From the NCBI GenBank assembly GCA_907165135.1, contig OU015566.1, forward strand, positions 5,332,001-5,396,000: a stretch of DNA of 64,000 bases, read 5' to 3'. This document shows, piece after piece, positions 62,587 to 64,000 of this stretch. Every line of letters begins with the position of its first letter. The first letter of the stretch is position 1. The notes below the pieces were generated by a model. The model saw nothing but the letters and a program-made list of their open reading frames with translations. It did not search any database and was not told the origin of the DNA. This DNA comes from Oikopleura dioica (lineage: Eukaryota > Animalia > Chordata). The position numbers were made by a program, and so were the translations under genes.

Positions 62587-62789
62587 TTTTGAAGTTGGAA
62601 CAATTTGACTGGATGGTTTTTTTTGAAGTACAGGCAAATTACTCAGTAAATATGAAGTTCGTTCCTCAAGTCAGTTTGATATTTGCGATTGGATTCAAAG
62701 AATTGTGAATTCAGTAATTAAATTTATTTAGATAAAGTGTTGGAGCGGAAGCTTTGAATCAGTAAATGAACGTTCAGTTACTTTTGTTC

Positions 62790-64000
62790 ATCAATTAACT
62801 TCAGTTCTTGCCTTGAAAATCCTTTAGATTTCAATTCTCTCTGTAACAAACCTTGAAGGATGATCTACCGGAAGATTGGGCAGCGTTAAGAGCTCGAAAG
62901 CTCGAGAAAAACTTTTAAATCCGTAAGGGCTTTTGATCTCACTCATAATTTTCTATTTTCGCGGTCGCTTCATTTCATATTTTACGAAAATTAATCAACG
63001 GGACCGTTTCTTTAGCGCGTAAATCGGAATGCAAATAATACTGGACAGAGTCATAAAAGCTGCAACGGCAGTTCCCGAAGCTGGATACTGATAAATTCCA
63101 CTTGGAAGACTGTAACTTGGCTTTTTCACCGAAATAACTTGTGCAAGCAAAACAGCTGAGCAAATTGCAGGCGTAATCCATTTCCAGCAGATTCCGAAAA
63201 ATGACCATGGTCGTCTTCGGGGATCCATTTTGTGGCCGAACATGTCAAAAAGATCGTCGTAGAATTTTTCGACTCCGTAAAGCCAGCCCATTGCGATGCT
63301 CTGGCTGATGACAACAACGAGGACGCAGATTCCAGAGACCGAATATGAGTCGTATAAATTGAAGAGGAAGATTCCACCTGAAATCGGAGTGAAAAAATTT
63401 GTCGTTAAAGGTTTACCTTGATTGATTAGTGGAAGAGCCATCAAGAAAAACAAAACGCAAACAAAGAACACAAAGATGGGTCTTCTATGTTTCTTCTTGT
63501 CAAACCAGCTTTGATGGAAGTCCACGATCATTGACGAAATCGACTCAATAACTGAGCATTCCGAAGCCAAACCAAGAATGATCAACATTCCAAAGAACAA
63601 ACTGAACCAGACGTGGCAATACGGCAGTGCTTTCAAAGCCCTGGGATAGGCGATGAAAGCCAGTCCTGGTCCACTTCGTCCAACTGTCTCCATCGGAATG
63701 CCTGTTTCGTACGACATGTTTCCCAAGACGCTAAAAATTGCGATTCCAGCGAGAAACGAGGCGGAACAATTCAGGAAGCAAAGCCGAGAGGTCCATTTGA
63801 AAATGTTATAATCGTATTTGTTGAAGCTTCCAAGCGTTGTAAGAACTCCAGTGCCGAGGACGTAGCTAAAGATGACTTGGCTGCCGGCAGCAAGCCATAC
63901 TTCTGGATCGACGAGTTTATGGTAAACTGGTTTGAGGTAATATCTTAGGCCGATTGAAGCTCCTGGGAGGGAGACTCCGTTTCCAACGAGGAAGAGGAGC
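62790..64000 (-). CDS. SLC6: SLC6 sodium:neurotransmitter/amino-acid symporter, 3' part
   Basis: LPGASIGLRYYLKP...DPEVWLAAGSQVIFSY, LGSFNKY, AGIAIFSVLGNM, SGPGLAFIAYP, FFGMLIILGL, CWKWITP; the 3' end is approximate. Confidence 0.93.

Noticed and set aside
63560-63600. SLC6 TM8 motif LGLAS instead of LGLDS as a sign of lost Na2 site
   Set aside because: Small residues at this position occur in established SLC6 members (GlyT1, B0AT-type), so it is not diagnostic.

Overview
This is compact, intron-rich animal DNA: many 35-80 nt introns, several GA-AG/GC-AG splice junctions inferred from protein continuity, and a tightly packed co-oriented gene run. The pattern suggests a larvacean tunicate (Oikopleura-like); that assignment is inference only. 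Genes from left to right: 5' part of a multi-repeat cadherin (-); ~10 kb gene-poor, repeat-bearing stretch; sushi-like/trypsin protease (-); two Cys-rich/beta-propeller-like orphan genes (+); a serine protease with a long Ser/Gly/Tyr/Arg/Asn-rich tail plus a partial duplicate (-); GPI-type Ly6/uPAR protein (+); SLC43 transporter (-); MCTP (+) with an intronless trypsin gene nested antisense in one intron; NEK-like kinase with coiled coil (-); a secreted bacterial-type GHL10 (YddW/DigH-like) glycoside hydrolase carrying four introns and a trefoil-like tail (+); an operon-like run CWF19L1-orphan-EVG1-GCC1-VPS28-TCTE1 (+); two tandem Cys-rich/propeller paralogs (-); 3' part of an SLC6 transporter (-). 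At least five non-autonomous DNA transposons have clear terminal inverted repeats (TIRs) and target-site duplications (TSDs): three hAT-type with 8-bp TSDs, one piggyBac-type and one Kolobok-type with TTAA. One sits inside a coding exon. The best candidate novelty is the intron-bearing, apparently horizontally acquired GHL10 enzyme. Splice models were built by eye and exon coordinates should be treated as approximate unless stated.
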